A DNA stretch of 64,000 nucleotides from Balanoglossus misakiensis (GCA_040954595.2 CM082582.2:5812303-5876302), one strand, 5' to 3'; counted from the first letter of the stretch, positions 1-18,071 are shown. Notes: generated from the letters alone by a model not told the origin. Translations and numbers: made by a program.

Positions 1-3000
1 CAACCACGGTCCCTCCACACAGATGCTCATGTGACGTCACAGCGTGGAAGTTCGATCGAAACGCCGTCTGGTCGAAGTGATTTAACACCTTGATTAACAC
101 AAAAGGCCCCCACTTTGTTTCATGACCGTGTGTGGAGTGGCCGTGCTTCAACTTTCCATGTACACATGCAGCTAGCGTGACCCGATCAGCCTTTCGTTCG
201 CCCCTCAAGACAGTCATGCTGTAGGCCTATATGATACCTTGATTACGTGTTGGAGATGGCAAATACGTCAATACAACACATAATTTGACAGCGGACGCAA
301 AACAGATCAGTCGACATGGCAACGCCAACAAACGAGCTAATTACGGCTGCAGGAAAGGTATACGCCTATTCGTTTTTTTTCGTCGGTTTTCGTCGAACAT
401 GACACGTGTTAACAATAAACTCATATCCTTTCAGTCATTCGATGAATGTCGGCACAAGTCAATGCATGTATATTATAAACACTGGTACATAAAGGGATGC
501 CTCCAAAGACTAATTATTTAACTAGTTTCAATTCAATCGAAAGGTGTCCTAAATACCTTTATTGAACTGAAATTACACGCAGTCGTGTTCATGTCTGCCT
601 GTATTTCACTCTTTAATTCATTATAGGGTCCATTTGTATTGAAATATGCCTTTTGAATGCTTAACCAATTTCCGTTGACTCAAGCGTCTATTGCAGTGGA
701 AATGCATTATCATCCGGTCAATTCAATTCTTACATGGATATGACGGTTGTAATATCCCAGCTGACTAATTTGATCTTCGGCGATCCATGACACGACACGG
801 AAACCTCTTCTTATATACCCGACCGGAGATACAAGAGGCTTCGTGGCAAAATTGGTCAGGCCTGCGGATGACTCCACCGGCACCACGAACCACACTACGC
901 TCGGCGCTGCTCTTTGAGAACAAATACTCAATCGACTGTGCTGCAGCTGGTAGCTATGATTTACATATTCATTGTGCACTTCTTTCAACACAACAACACG
1001 AATATGTAGGACACTTTCATAAAAAATACATCCAGTTTAATACTAGTATTTTCAGGAGGAAATGTTCCCGAAACCTGGCTGTCACGTGTTAACTCTGAAC
1101 GCCGGGTGTATCTAGCTCTGCATCGAAATTAGTGCGGACTGTACGACTTTCGCGCGAAACGACAACCTTACTTTATTGAACAAATCGAAGATATTCCAGC
1201 CACAGCTTTGATTGGTGGCAACACTTTGGGAAACCGACGATTTCGCATCACTCGTCCAAATGGTGCCCACCCATAGAGCAAAGAAAGATACCTTACGTGT
1301 CATTTATTTCAAGAAGCCTTTCTCGTAGAAATCGAAACGCTGTGCATTGACGTAAAGAGGCATCGTCGTAAACATCGACCTCTTTACGGCAACAATTTCT
1401 GCCTTGCCAAGAAGAGGCCGTGAGAGATTCCTCTGACTTTATATACTACGTGTCGTGTCCAGCGTCTCCCCTGGTTCCCTTTCTGACGACTGTTCCTGGA
1501 CAGAGCATACCGGTGAGTACATGGACTTGTATGTACAACTTCTGCGCGGCGCGAGAACTGACTGTTGTTGATGCGGATGGCTTCCTCGTTCTTCAATCCA
1601 ACGACCCCTGTTCCGCTCTTGACTCACGGTCTTCACTCCACACAGGTGCTTGACGAATACCGCCCTTTGTAGGCAAATTGCGCTGTGCGAAGATTGAGTT
1701 TCGCTCATATGTGCGACGCAAGTGTACACGAATTTTATCACTGGAATCGAGCAGATATAAAACTTATAGCAAGCCTGCCTATCTAAAATGGCGACGCACG
1801 TTTTGTATTCCCAAAGCCACGTTTCGTATTCCTCAGTACACGTATCTTAACTTTCGCATTCCCTGGCGGCGTCAGAAGCTATGATCTCCACGGTATAAGT
1901 CTGATACCAGTCGTTAATTCGAAACTGGATATCGATAAGTATATAAATTAAATGAAACTTCTAAAATTCCTTTTGGGATAGGGGCGAAATCCCACAAGCT
2001 GAAATATTAAAAAAAAAACGCACAAAAATTAGCGGAGAATACAAAACCAATCTACAGAGAACAGAAACGGTTTCATGTTTTGCAGACATTCGCGTCCAGT
2101 GTGATTGACTTCACTATGACTTCACTGACCATCATAAGACAATAGGTTGCTTTGTAAAAAATACCCCAAAAGTCGTGGCAGGGTGGCGCTTTTACAGGTG
2201 TTAGATTATCCGTGCGTTCTCACTGTATATTTGTGTCGGAGCGCTGGCCCTGAACCACCCCTCACCGCCGTCGAAAATGAACACCGGCGCGGCACCGTCG
2301 GAAACCGTTCACACGTATTTTCTTCCGTCGGAGTCGTATCTGGGACGTTGCTATACCGCTGAAAACGATACAGTGAGAACGGGGCATATAGGCAGCTGGG
2401 GAAATTATTTTTAGAGTATATTGATATTAAATCTCGTATGGGATCTCTCCAGCCACAAACCCGACGATAAACGAAAGAAACCGCAAAAGTAATTCCATTA
2501 ATATAAAATTGGATTTCGTGGAAGCGGAATTGAGACCTGCAATCCCATGATATTGATTTGATTGTGATTTTAAAAAAATTACAAACGACCTCAAAAATGG
2601 CAGAACCGCGACAAGTGAGAATGGGTATAATAAAATATTCATCGACCAGCGGACAGGATAAATACGTCTGTTTCCGACAAAGGATTGTACCTGGAACGTC
2701 TACAATTTTATCCGCCACTGTAATACTAGTGTCTTTATCGTATCTAGCTAAGTAAGTATTTTATTGTCGTGATCTTTAAAGTTATTCGGTCACCTAATTA
2801 TGAAGGAGGTAAAATATCAGGACAAGTCTTCTGCATATAAATTGTTTTAGTTAGCCGTTTCCGCGAAAGTATTTTGACGTACCTGGTAAGCGTAATGGCC
2901 TGTGACAGAAACAAACAATAGATTTTTCGTCATAATAGTCCGTATCTGTCTATCAGAAAACAGAAGACCGGATCAGAACTTTTAATCGAAGGAATTTAAG

Positions 3001-3809
3001 CGGAATGATAAATAAAGTGTGACAGGATTATGATGCAAATGACAGATTTACAACCATGGGTGAAAAAGATGGATCATTTGTACGTCATAATTGAGCCGTT
3101 TCGATTAGGCTAATTGCACGGCCAGCCGATGGGATCAATAATTGTCTTGCTTGCATCGTGCTTTAGGGCGGTTTCAGTTGTTGTTAAGAGGTGGGTCGGT
3201 GTGTTGGCAACGTAAATTGTGACCCTCTCCAAAACAACAAACAATGACAGTAGGATTCTTTTATATAAAATTTGACCCTCCGCGGTAATTTTGCAAATGA
3301 ACTCTGAAGTATAGTTGTTTTTTTCAATCGTTTAATTTGACTACGGATGATTTGTCGAGTATTGCCGCCTCCAAAGTCAGGTTTGTGAAATATGACCCCC
3401 TTCCCCACTTCATCCGACCCACCGCCCCATAATAAATGGAAGCTCCCTTGATGACGTCTGTGAGATACTAGTACATGTACAAGCAGAGTGATTTTGAATG
3501 GCATTGATGAACACATATCTATAATTCATTAGGCTTAGAGCTTGCCAGATATGCGACTAAGCCAAGAAGTTCCGACTGTACCGTCTGCTAGTTATGTCTA
3601 TTCTGTTGGAAGGACTGCAGTTTAGAAAATTCGCATCGTTGTTGGCGAAGGTCTCTCCAGCAAATCCATCGGTAAAGACTGTTTCGCATCCGTTCAGCAC
3701 AGCGAACGACTGCCGCTTGATGGCATAAATATCATGCCTTAACATGATTTTGCTGACAAAATCGAACTCGCTTTATTTTTCAACCCCAGGTATTTGCTGA
3801 CACATCCTG

Positions 3810-5360
3810 ATGTTTGCCGATCTAGGATACGAAAGAAGGGTAAATGACACGGCCGATGGTTCTTTAACAGAAAACGTTGTTTCCCAAATGGAGCTAGTGA
3901 ACGGAACTCTCGGTATGGAAACCGCTGCCACAAATGTCACCAGTTCGGTAGCAGTGACGTCAACAGTGCATTTGACGACAGCGATGGACAACGATTCTGT
4001 AAGTAGCAGCAGTCTTCGGGAAGATTTGTCAACGGGCGCGTTTGCGACACCGTTCTGGGACGCAACCACTATCATGTCTGACGAAAGTGTTGTGTATTTA
4101 GAGCGGGAGAACATGGATCAGTATTTTTACAATTTTGATCAAACTGTGATCTTGACCATCGTCATGCCTGTTCTGTTGGCCTTCGGAGTGGCCTGCAACG
4201 GCGCGTTTCTCGTCGTCGTCGCGAGAAATAAGCGAATGCACACCCCGACGAACTGCTACCTGGTGAATTTGGCGGTTTCGGACGTCGTTTATCTGAGCGT
4301 CGTTGTTTCGGACAAGCTGATTCGCTACTTCTCGTCGCCTTTCCCGGCAGACTACAGTCCGTGGGGACCTCGCGGCTGTTCTTTGATAACAGGCCTCATT
4401 TTCATTCCGCACTTTGTGTCCGAATTGACCATCGCCATGTTCACGGTCGAGCGCTTCTACGCCATCTGTAGACCGCTGAAGCGCCACCGCCTCAGCGGAC
4501 GACGCAAGTCTCTCATTTTCGTGGGCGCCATCTGGATAACGTCGGCGCTTTTGGCGATACCGTGCAATGCGTTCATCAAGAAGCGGGTCTTTACCCTGGT
4601 GTGGCCGGAATCGCTGAATTCGACGACGGACTTGCCGAAGACTATAATGAAATGCGGCACCCCTCCCATTTCATTCTCCGGGGGCGCCACTCTCCAGTGC
4701 TATGCCCTTCAGGCTATCCCGTTCTTTTTCACCGCAGGGGTGACTGTCGTTCTAAACACTCGAATTATTCGCACGCTCAACAGGAGCGCCAAAACGATCG
4801 GCTCTGCTGGGGGTCACAGGGACGTGCAGAGCCGGAGACAAATTGTGAAAATGCTGATCGTCACTTCAGTGATGTTCTATGCATTAGTCTTTCCGTACTA
4901 TATCGACGACATTTTGACAGTTTTCCACCATTTCGGCTACCTAACGAACGTCAGACTACCCACTATGTTCCTTCAGGTTGCCAGATTTCTCGCCTACACC
5001 AACTCCGCCATCAACCCGATCATGTACAGCGTCATGAGTGTGAGATACCGCCAAGCCTTCAAGTCGACTTTCTGCGCATGCACGAAAGCCCAGCGGTCGG
5101 AAAACAGTTGCGCACACATGATCAGAAGCGCCGATCACGATTCCGCCGCACTCGATCAGCGCAGGATCATTGCCAAGGCCGAGACTCGATTTTCGGAAGG
5201 TTTGATTAACGAAGGGATGGTCGGGGAATCTTCAAATTCACAGGAAAATAGTGCCGATCGGAAGGACACACCGCTCTCCACTACTAAGGGCGTCTCTGTA
5301 CCGAGCATAGATGCGAAACTCCGCAACCTGGAAGTGTTTCACGACTTAGCGACGTTATGA
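3810..5360 (+). CDS. Class A (rhodopsin-like) GPCR, orphan peptide-receptor type (TRH/neuromedin-U/GHSR-like), 516 aa, uninterrupted CDS
   Basis: Seven hydrophobic helices with MHTPTNCYLVNLAVSD (TM2), TVERFYAICRP (DRY variant) and NSAINPIMY (NPxxY). Ser/Thr-rich N-terminus with NxS/T sites. A splice acceptor (tttttcaaccccag, ending 3789) just upstream implies a 5'UTR intron. Confidence 0.95.
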   Translation: MFADLGYERRVNDTADGSLTENVVSQMELVNGTLGMETAATNVTSSVAVTSTVHLTTAMDNDSVSSSSLREDLSTGAFATPFWDATTIMSDESVVYLERENMDQYFYNFDQTVILTIVMPVLLAFGVACNGAFLVVVARNKRMHTPTNCYLVNLAVSDVVYLSVVVSDKLIRYFSSPFPADYSPWGPRGCSLITGLIFIPHFVSELTIAMFTVERFYAICRPLKRHRLSGRRKSLIFVGAIWITSALLAIPCNAFIKKRVFTLVWPESLNSTTDLPKTIMKCGTPPISFSGGATLQCYALQAIPFFFTAGVTVVLNTRIIRTLNRSAKTIGSAGGHRDVQSRRQIVKMLIVTSVMFYALVFPYYIDDILTVFHHFGYLTNVRLPTMFLQVARFLAYTNSAINPIMYSVMSVRYRQAFKSTFCACTKAQRSENSCAHMIRSADHDSAALDQRRIIAKAETRFSEGLINEGMVGESSNSQENSADRKDTPLSTTKGVSVPSIDAKLRNLEVFHDLATL

Positions 5361-6932
5361 GAAATCACACGGCCTTATCGTTATTCCAATGAGTGTTCTT
5401 TTTTGGCCGGCATTTCTACCTAAATCGCTTGGTATCGCGCAAAACCCACTGACTGTGTTCAACGAGCGCGGTCTATACATGAATTATCATGTCATTCAGC
5501 TGAAAAGTCACGTTCCTATATACATGTTTTGAGATACTTTGGTGCAACTTACTTAATTACAGTCGGCAAACATGTTTAACATTTTTGTATGTGGTATTGT
5601 ATACGGTATTACGTTACGTTGCGTTGCACGTTACCACAAGGAATAACTGTCATTAGGAATGGTCCATTTTCTTCAAATAGCCGTAAACTACAACATGCCC
5701 ACTGAACTTTTAGAACTAATCACGCTGAAAGCTTTCTTGCATTTTCATATATTTTGGAAATTACATTAAGTGAAAATGTCAAGGCTGAGAAACAGCTTAG
5801 TAATTATAATCTCATAATATACAGAATATGCAGAAATGGTGGGATTTCCGAGAATGGGGCCACCCAGTAAAGAAACCCCGACCCTGTTGTGTTCTGCATT
5901 GCGCGTGCGCGAATATATCTGGATACTGCGCGTATCAGATACGGGGAACGCGGTTTTCCACGTACGAGGAAAATACATGTACAGCGCATTTTCTGAATTA
6001 TATTCTTGAGTTCCCAGACCCAGACATTGTACCAAAGGACACGGTCCGATTCTGGGAATTCTATACTTGACCCTCACTGTGCAAAATTACTGCCAAGGAG
6101 TCAGATAATATGATCTTAGATATCCGATGTTATTTTCGATGTTGTGGTTTTGCTATGCGCGCCGGGACTAAACATTTATAACAATTTTTTCACGTTGTGC
6201 TGTTGGATTTCGTCATTTAACCCGTTCTTTCTAAATTCAGGTAGGGGGAGAGAGGGAGGGTAGGGTAGGGGAGAGAGACTGACAGAGAGGCACGGATAGA
6301 CAGTAATGGACACATACAGATAAATAGACTGCACCACACACACACAAAAAAAACATTAGCCACATGACATAATAAACCTGTAAATGTAATTTCTCTGTCG
6401 AAAAGCATAACTATGTCGTTCAAGTTGTTTGGGCTTTCATCAAGAAGTCGAAATTCTCCTCTGACATGGCGGCCTATTTCGTCAGCTTTTGACGAAGCAT
6501 AATCTGCCCACTAGCAACAAACGCACAGCCAAACATACAGCTTTCCCCGGGCTGCAACGATTCAACCGCCCCATTCCTATGAATATTTGAACGCGATTAC
6601 TGCATATTATCCTCTTGTTGTTTTGTAGGCCTTTGTCGCATGTCTTTTCAGTGGGGCAATCGGAAAGCCATTGCAAATGTGGAAATATGTTGATACCAAT
6701 GGCACGTGTCAATTGTTCATAATTACGATGCATGATATAGTTATTATAGAATCACTGACTATTGTTCAAATCTTTTGAAATACATTGATATTGAGTCCTG
6801 CGTAATCAAATAAGGCTGATCTAACTTGGAGACAGACACGTTATTTGACGTGTAAGGCACTTTCAGAAATATCGTGCTTGGGCGTCGTATACGCCGTCAT
6901 CGCTGGCGTCGCTAGAACTGTTGTCATCATCA

Positions 6933-7148
6933 TCAACGCCCGTGCACGTACTTGTGAAATTCTCTAGCAATTTTAACAGTCTTAACGACTGCTTCTTTGG
7001 CTAGATCAAATATCTCGTCACCTTCATCCCCATCACCAACGCCCAATCCCGCGAATTCGTGGGCGAGGGCCGTCCCGCTGTGATCTGCATCAAAGCGGGA
7101 CAATAATTTCTCCACTGAGCCACCCATTTTCCTGGGGATTATAACCAT
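6933..7148 (-). pseudogene. Relic or orphan fragment similar to the C-terminal helix of the IFIT-like gene
   Basis: ORF ends DLAKEAVVKTVKIAREFHKYVHGR*, aligning without gaps to NLAEWSVINVSQIVREFDKYM* of the neighbouring gene. Same strand, 1.7 kb downstream; the upstream frame is closed by a stop. Confidence 0.5.
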
Positions 7149-8831
7149 GGGGGATGTTAGACAACTACAATGTAATTACAGGTGAATCAAGCTTACAGCT
7201 ATTCTTGGTATTTGTAGCGTGGGGGTCAGGCCTTGGTAACATCCGACTCAACTATGCCACTTAATGCCAAGCTTGGGCAAATATTAGGCTGGATATTTTT
7301 TTTTCAGTACCGTGGGTATTGGCGAAACCATTTGACTCAAGTTTTTGTTGGGGTGTGCACTGGAAAACGAACGAAAATTCTGGCGTTTTGGCAGGTTGTT
7401 GAGGATTGAAGAGCCTGTGGCGTCTTCCGTTTTGCCCTTAAAGTCTCCATTTGACGACGACACTATTTAAGGACTCATAAGCACCACCAGATTTGAACAC
7501 CCTCAATAAGTTAGATGGCCTGGGCAATAATTTATTAGCAACTATTTAATACACAACGAACCAAAGCAAACGAAAAAATAAACATGTATACTTCAGAGGC
7601 TTTTCCAGGAAACAATATCTATTAAACTTAGTCTTCCAAGTAACATGCATGAAAAATTCATTTAAAAATACAGTTTTCGTGAATTATTCACTGGTCGGTT
7701 TAGTCAGGATCAGATCACAAAGGCAGTGAATTATAAATATCCCGTTTATTTACAATTATCCAGGAAATATATAGCGCAAAAATTAACAGTACATTCTTAT
7801 GTGTAACAGGTTACAGTATATAAGTTTATATAAGACATATAAAGCCAAAATAAGTTTAAGGAAGCCCGGATAACCGGCGTAATTTAATGACAAAATGAAT
7901 TTTATTCAAAATGAAATGCCGTCACCCAGTCATGCTGTGCATACACTGCCAGGCAGATAAGTGACAGGTCAGCGCAACAATGGCAATCAAAGTGCATGTA
8001 CGGTCAAAGTTTGATTTATAAATCAGTCAGTTATATAAATAGAGACACTGATTTATTGCGAAAACACTCAGTGCTTTTCCAACGAATTTGCTTCGCATTG
8101 TTTGTCCGCGCCAACAACAATTTATTGCTTGTTATGACAAAATGCATTGTTCGTTTCATTTTATTTTCTGCAATTTAGCTTCTAGTGTTCTTCCGTGTAA
8201 GCTCAAAGATCAACCATAAACACTGTCGACGCCTAGATTTTTTTCTGATACTATTTCTGCTGTATCAGTGCTCCAGACATATTGTCAGTTTTTGTGTGAA
8301 AAGTTTCAGTTACGAGAAAATCACATCGGTTATCACTATGCATCATCGAACTCGCCCCGTTGGTGAAAATTGATGGTCATTCATAGCACACCATGACCCC
8401 CACCGACCACAATACAAAACAGCTGACGAAAACCAGCGTCATGACATGAGCGATCGGTAACATCGCTTTTCAAGTCTTCGAATTTCTGGTGTAAATAAAC
8501 TTAAATCCTAACCTCAAAAAGTAGTCCATCACATGAATTCCATTTGACACCATAATATGACGAACGAATCCGAGTATGATGATATCAAATGACACAATTT
8601 TAATATAGGTTATACCATATTATTTTAAATCGATATCAGAGGCTTTGCTTACCATCGTCGCCCATGTATAAAATAAAAAAAACAAAACAGATTTGTCGAT
8701 CAAAAAGTTAAGTTGTAAAATATTTATATACATGTACATATGTTTATGTACACGTAATTTGGGAACACCATTGCTATAATTTCTGGAGGATAGGAGCATT
8801 TTACTATTAGTGGGGTGGGTGAGGTCCTTCC

Positions 8832-11424
8832 TTACATGTATTTATCAAACTCACGGACTATCTGCGACACGTTGATAACGGACCATTCGGCGAGATTTCT
8901 CAAGTTTACTCGGTGAGGAATGCCGTCGATCTCAACTTCTTCTTCGTGATGCAGACGTTTGTTGTGCTTGTGCAAGTTAACAATCGAAAAGAGAAAAATC
9001 AAGTTTTTGTTCTTGTTGAAGTCAAATGCCGGTTGAAATTCAACTAGGCGCTGGAACAAATTCGGAAATCGTTGTCGGAAATCGGCCCAGTTATATTCAC
9101 CCTCTATCTTTCTTTGTAAAGTGGATTCAACCGGGGGTGATTTGTTCTTGATGTAGTAAAACGAGCAGTGGGCCCGAGGGTCTTTTATTCCGTATACCCG
9201 TTTTTGGAAATCCGACATGACGCGATCCAGAAGGCCCCTGGCTTCCAACAAAACGTCTGCCGCGTTTCGAATCAGCGCCACAGCCTCGCGGTCGTTGTCT
9301 GACAAACTCAAGAATTGTATGTATTTCTCGTGCAAGTCTGTCAAGCACCGAACGTTTGGCACCGCGATTTGCCTCAGGTCGTCTTGCAGTCTTCCCAACC
9401 GTTTAATAATCGCCCTTTGTTTTATTTCCCCTATGTGTTGTTCTATCAGGAGTGCTTCTTTTTTCCCGAGGGCCGCGACCCGTGCGCAATTTTCGAACCA
9501 AAGCTGTTCAAATTTTTCGTGGTCTTCGCACGATCTCAGGACCCTGACTAAATTCTCGGCGCCTTCCAAACTGTCGTGTTCAGCCGCGAGGGAGTAACAT
9601 TTGCGGGCTTCTTCAATGTCGCCGCCTTCCTTAAATTCCCTGCCCTGAACCAAATGTACTTCGCCTGCTAGTCTGCGATAAGGCTGTGAATTCACGTCGG
9701 GGATCGCGGCTAAGTACTTTCTAGCATTTTCGCTGTCGACGGCTTTGACATAGAGCTCGGTCAACGCGAGTGCCGCGGCCAATTTCTCGTCGTTGACCAA
9801 CTGGTAAGCTTTCTCGTAGTAGTAACAGGCCCTGTCAACAGAACCTGTCGTTTTGTATATCCACCCTAACAGTTTCAAAGCCTCGTAGTCGTCCTCGTTC
9901 GGAGACAACCGCTGTTGCATTAGACGGTCCAATCTCGACACTGCTTTCTCTCCGCCATGACTGTCTGGTTGTGCTCTGATAGCGTTTTTGTACTGCTCTA
10001 TGGCATTTGCATCCTCGTTCCTTCTGAGAAGGAAATCGCCGAAATAGAAACACGCCATTGCCCTGTCATCTCTATCTGCGGTCTCTACAAGTTGGCAATA
10101 TTTAGTTCTTGCCTGGTCGTCGTGATTCACGATGAGCGAATGCATATTCGCCACGTCGCACTTTGCCAGAAAGTTACTCCTGTCGGCCTCCACGGCCTGT
10201 TCAAAATAATCTAACGCCGAGTCAAGGTTCGATTTATCTCGCCTTCCCCCGCCTTTAAAATATCTATCTCTGTAAACGCAACCGATCTGACGAAGAGTGA
10301 AACTTGAATCGCACTCAGAATGGCGAGCATTGTCAAGGAGTTTCAGCGCCTCGTCGTACATTGACATCAGCCGGTAAACCTCTCCGGCGCGCTGGACGAC
10401 AACAAAGTTATTTCCGTCAAGTTCGAGCGCCTTTTGTACCTGCGCGTATGCCTCCATCGTCGAACCCTTTCTGACAAGTCGTCTTGCCAAAAGAATTCGC
10501 GCCAGACCATGCCTGGGGTTGAATTCTAAAATTTTCCTCAGATTTTGCTCGATTTCGGAAACTGCTGTGACGCCGTTTTGAGCTTCGGGGGATGGTTTCT
10601 CGGTTTTCTCACAGAAACGCGTGTATCCGAACAGCCAATCAACGTTAGACGGGAAAACCTCCAGGGCTTTTTCATAACACAAAATCGCCTCGCTACATTT
10701 TGAACGACCAAACCATTGGAACGCAAAGGCTTTGTGGGCGTTGAGGTAAGCTTCCGCCTCCGTCGATAAATTTACGCACTTTTTTAACTCGCGTATCAGA
10801 CGATCTGCCTCATCTATTTTACCCAGTTTTAAATAAACCCAGGCTTTGTCTGCGAGGAGGATGACCCTGTCCCCCTCGGGCCCGTCATGGTCAAGACCGA
10901 CTCGTGTTTTGGTGCTGGCTTGCAGCGCTTTGTCAATCCATTCCAGGGCCAATGCTAGCGGATTCTTGCTCCCATTGCCACTGAGATCTGACATGTAGAG
11001 GTATGCCTTCAGGGCCTTGGCTGCCACGGGCATCTGCTCTGGACTGTAGTGAATGTGGTGGTCTATGTAGTCCATTGCGGTCTGCGGGTAGAAAATCATC
11101 TTCTCATGAGAAGGAATATGAGACATAAAATTCCTCGGTAACGAGGTTAACATTTAAAAACACCTATGCTTTTCAGATCGATCGAGAGAGGGGGAGGGAG
11201 AGAGCACATAGTATAGAACCGTGATATTTGGTGCCAAGAATTGCTCGATTGGGGACGGTAAACTGTGAGAGGTGATTTAGCGTTTGCTATTTTTTTGCGG
11301 AATCGAAGGGACGGGGTGGTTCCAGTACCTTGAAATCGCGACCACAATTTTCCTCCAGTCCCCACACGAAGTGACAGGGGTACTCTTCTAAGTGGGATTC
11401 AAATCCACTGCTAGCTGTAGCCAT
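8832..11424 (-). CDS. IFIT-like tetratricopeptide-repeat protein with an extra C-terminal (HEPN-like) domain, ~781 aa; coding exons 11424-11329 and 11081-8832
   Basis: Exon 1 encodes MATASSGFESHLEEYPCHFVWGLEENCGRDFK (IFIT CHFxW motif). Donor AAG|gtactg and acceptor ttttctacccgcag|ACC join it in phase 0 to TAMDYIDHH... VILLADKAWVYLKL and HKAFAFQWFGRSKCSEAILCYEKALEVFPSNVDWLFGY match the IFIT N-terminal TPR pattern, and many more TPRs follow. A probable 5'UTR exon lies upstream (donor near 11776, acceptor near 11430). Confidence 0.88.
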
Positions 11425-11549
11425 ATTCTGCTGGAAAATGAATGTTTAACGTACAGTAAGTACTTTGTCTTGGCGTTGTGAAAGAATCAAAAGAAAGAAG
11501 GAGCGTAGGGAGAGATACAGATACATAGACATAGACATAGAGAGAGAAA

Positions 11550-11586
<37 letters not shown>

Positions 11587-12039
11587 GAACAAGAAAGACA
11601 GTAGCGACGATATAGCTCTATGTTCTATAGCTCTGTATGCCATGGGGAGCCATTTTCACGAGACATGCTTCTATCCCGTTGACTGAGCTGGCCGAACCTT
11701 ATTTTGCCGTAGTGCAATATAAGTACACTGTGTAAACAAGAGACGCAGGTCTACCGTAAAAATGACCTCAACTCACCTTTTAACAAGTTGTTCAGAGTCT
11801 TCACTTACAAATGGAACTTACCGCGCCTTCCAACAAGTTTTTGTTCGGACACAAAAAAGAGATCGCCCGAAACCAGACTGTTTCATAACACGTATGAACT
11901 CAGGAGTAGTCGACTCTGGTATAAATTTGCAGAAGCTGACCTGCGATCGATTTGGTCTCCAATTCGTCAAAGCAGTGGTCTGACATAATTACTACCGAGA
12001 ATCCACTGAATTGTGTAGTGTTACTAATAATAGTTCTGT

Positions 12040-12370
12040 TGACACAAACATGGCGTTGTTTTCATTTATGAGTCATATTCTACGAATCGCAATTCCAGGT
12101 ATATTGGTTTCGTTTTATTTTGTTTTGTATGGCTGAGTAGTGTGACAAAGAGTGATTGTTTCGCAGTGTCCCTACGAGAGAGAGATAGCCTGATAGACAG
12201 ACAGACAGGCAGACAGGCATAGACAGAGAGACAAATAGAGACGGAGGGAATGCCTTCGTGCGTTGACCCAGCTCTGGGCTTTCTTGTGACGTCATGGGCC
12301 AATGTACAACACCTCGAAAGGCCTATATTCCCATCGGTTACAGCATTCAAGCACGTGACGTTGAAAAAAA
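12040..12370. promoter_or_regulatory. Divergent promoter region between the IFIT-like gene (-) and the fucosidase (+)
   Basis: Head-to-head genes. Perfect CRE TGACGTCA 12287-12294, CCAAT at ~12299, E-box/CLEAR-like CACGTGAC 12352-12359 and YY1-like AACATGGCG at ~12047. Confidence 0.45.
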
Positions 12371-12859
12371 AAACAATTCATGCAAGATGTTTACATAGCT
12401 AACCAGGATATAACATTTCGACTTATTAAAAATAAAACTTTTGGGGTACTCGATATGAGCACAATTTAGTAGCTCGAGCATATATGGTTGTTGATTTGTG
12501 CAAAATATCGGGGCAAGCCTGCCCTCGGCGGCGCTTATTCTCCGAAAGGTGCGACATTAATCCCTTTGAATCCTCACTCTTTGAACTCTCTCTGCCTCAC
12601 TGTGTCTCTCTGTTTTCTGTCTCTCCGTTCTTGGTCTGTCTTTCTCCGTCTCTCCCTGCTGTCAATTATAGTTGTCCTCTCTGTAGCCTCGACGCGAATT
12701 TCTATAGACCATTTTTTTCACAATTATAATAACCCCCCCCCCCACACACACACACACACTAGCGGTTTTGCCAGTCCACCCCAGCTGTTTGCGTCATAGC
12801 CGTCGTCTGCCTGAGCTGGCGCTCAATAAAAACAAACCCCCTCATTATCAGAAAAAAAC

Positions 12860-17669
<4,810 letters not shown>

Positions 17670-18071
17670 CAGAATATTCAACACGTTTAGACCATGTAGT
17701 TTCATTACACTGCATTCTTTGATTATATGATTGCTTCTCAAGGTCTTGACATTTGAGAATTTAAGGAAGTACACAGAAATCAAACAAATTTGACATGTTT
17801 ACTTAAAAACTGATTTATTCCACACAAAAATAAAATTTCAACTGCATTAAGAGAATTACTCTTAATTTAGAAAAACACCCAAAAACAACAGTAAGAGTTT
17901 TCATTGTGTTTCAAAGACACATTTGGAAAGTCGACATTACAAATGCAATCATCGATTTACTTGTCTTTTTATGAAGGACTACCATGAGTATTTTTGAAAT
18001 GTATGGTCTGCACCAAAGCATCATACGTCATGTGTCGTCATCGTACGTCATGTGTCTGAAATCTTTGAATT

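Noticed and set aside
2206-2718. 170-aa ORF upstream of the GPCR
   Set aside because: Non-ATG start, no motif and no splice support.
11082-11153. ORF-track N-terminus MLTSLPRNF... of the TPR protein
   Set aside because: It lies in the intron before a good acceptor; the upstream CHFVW exon is the better start.
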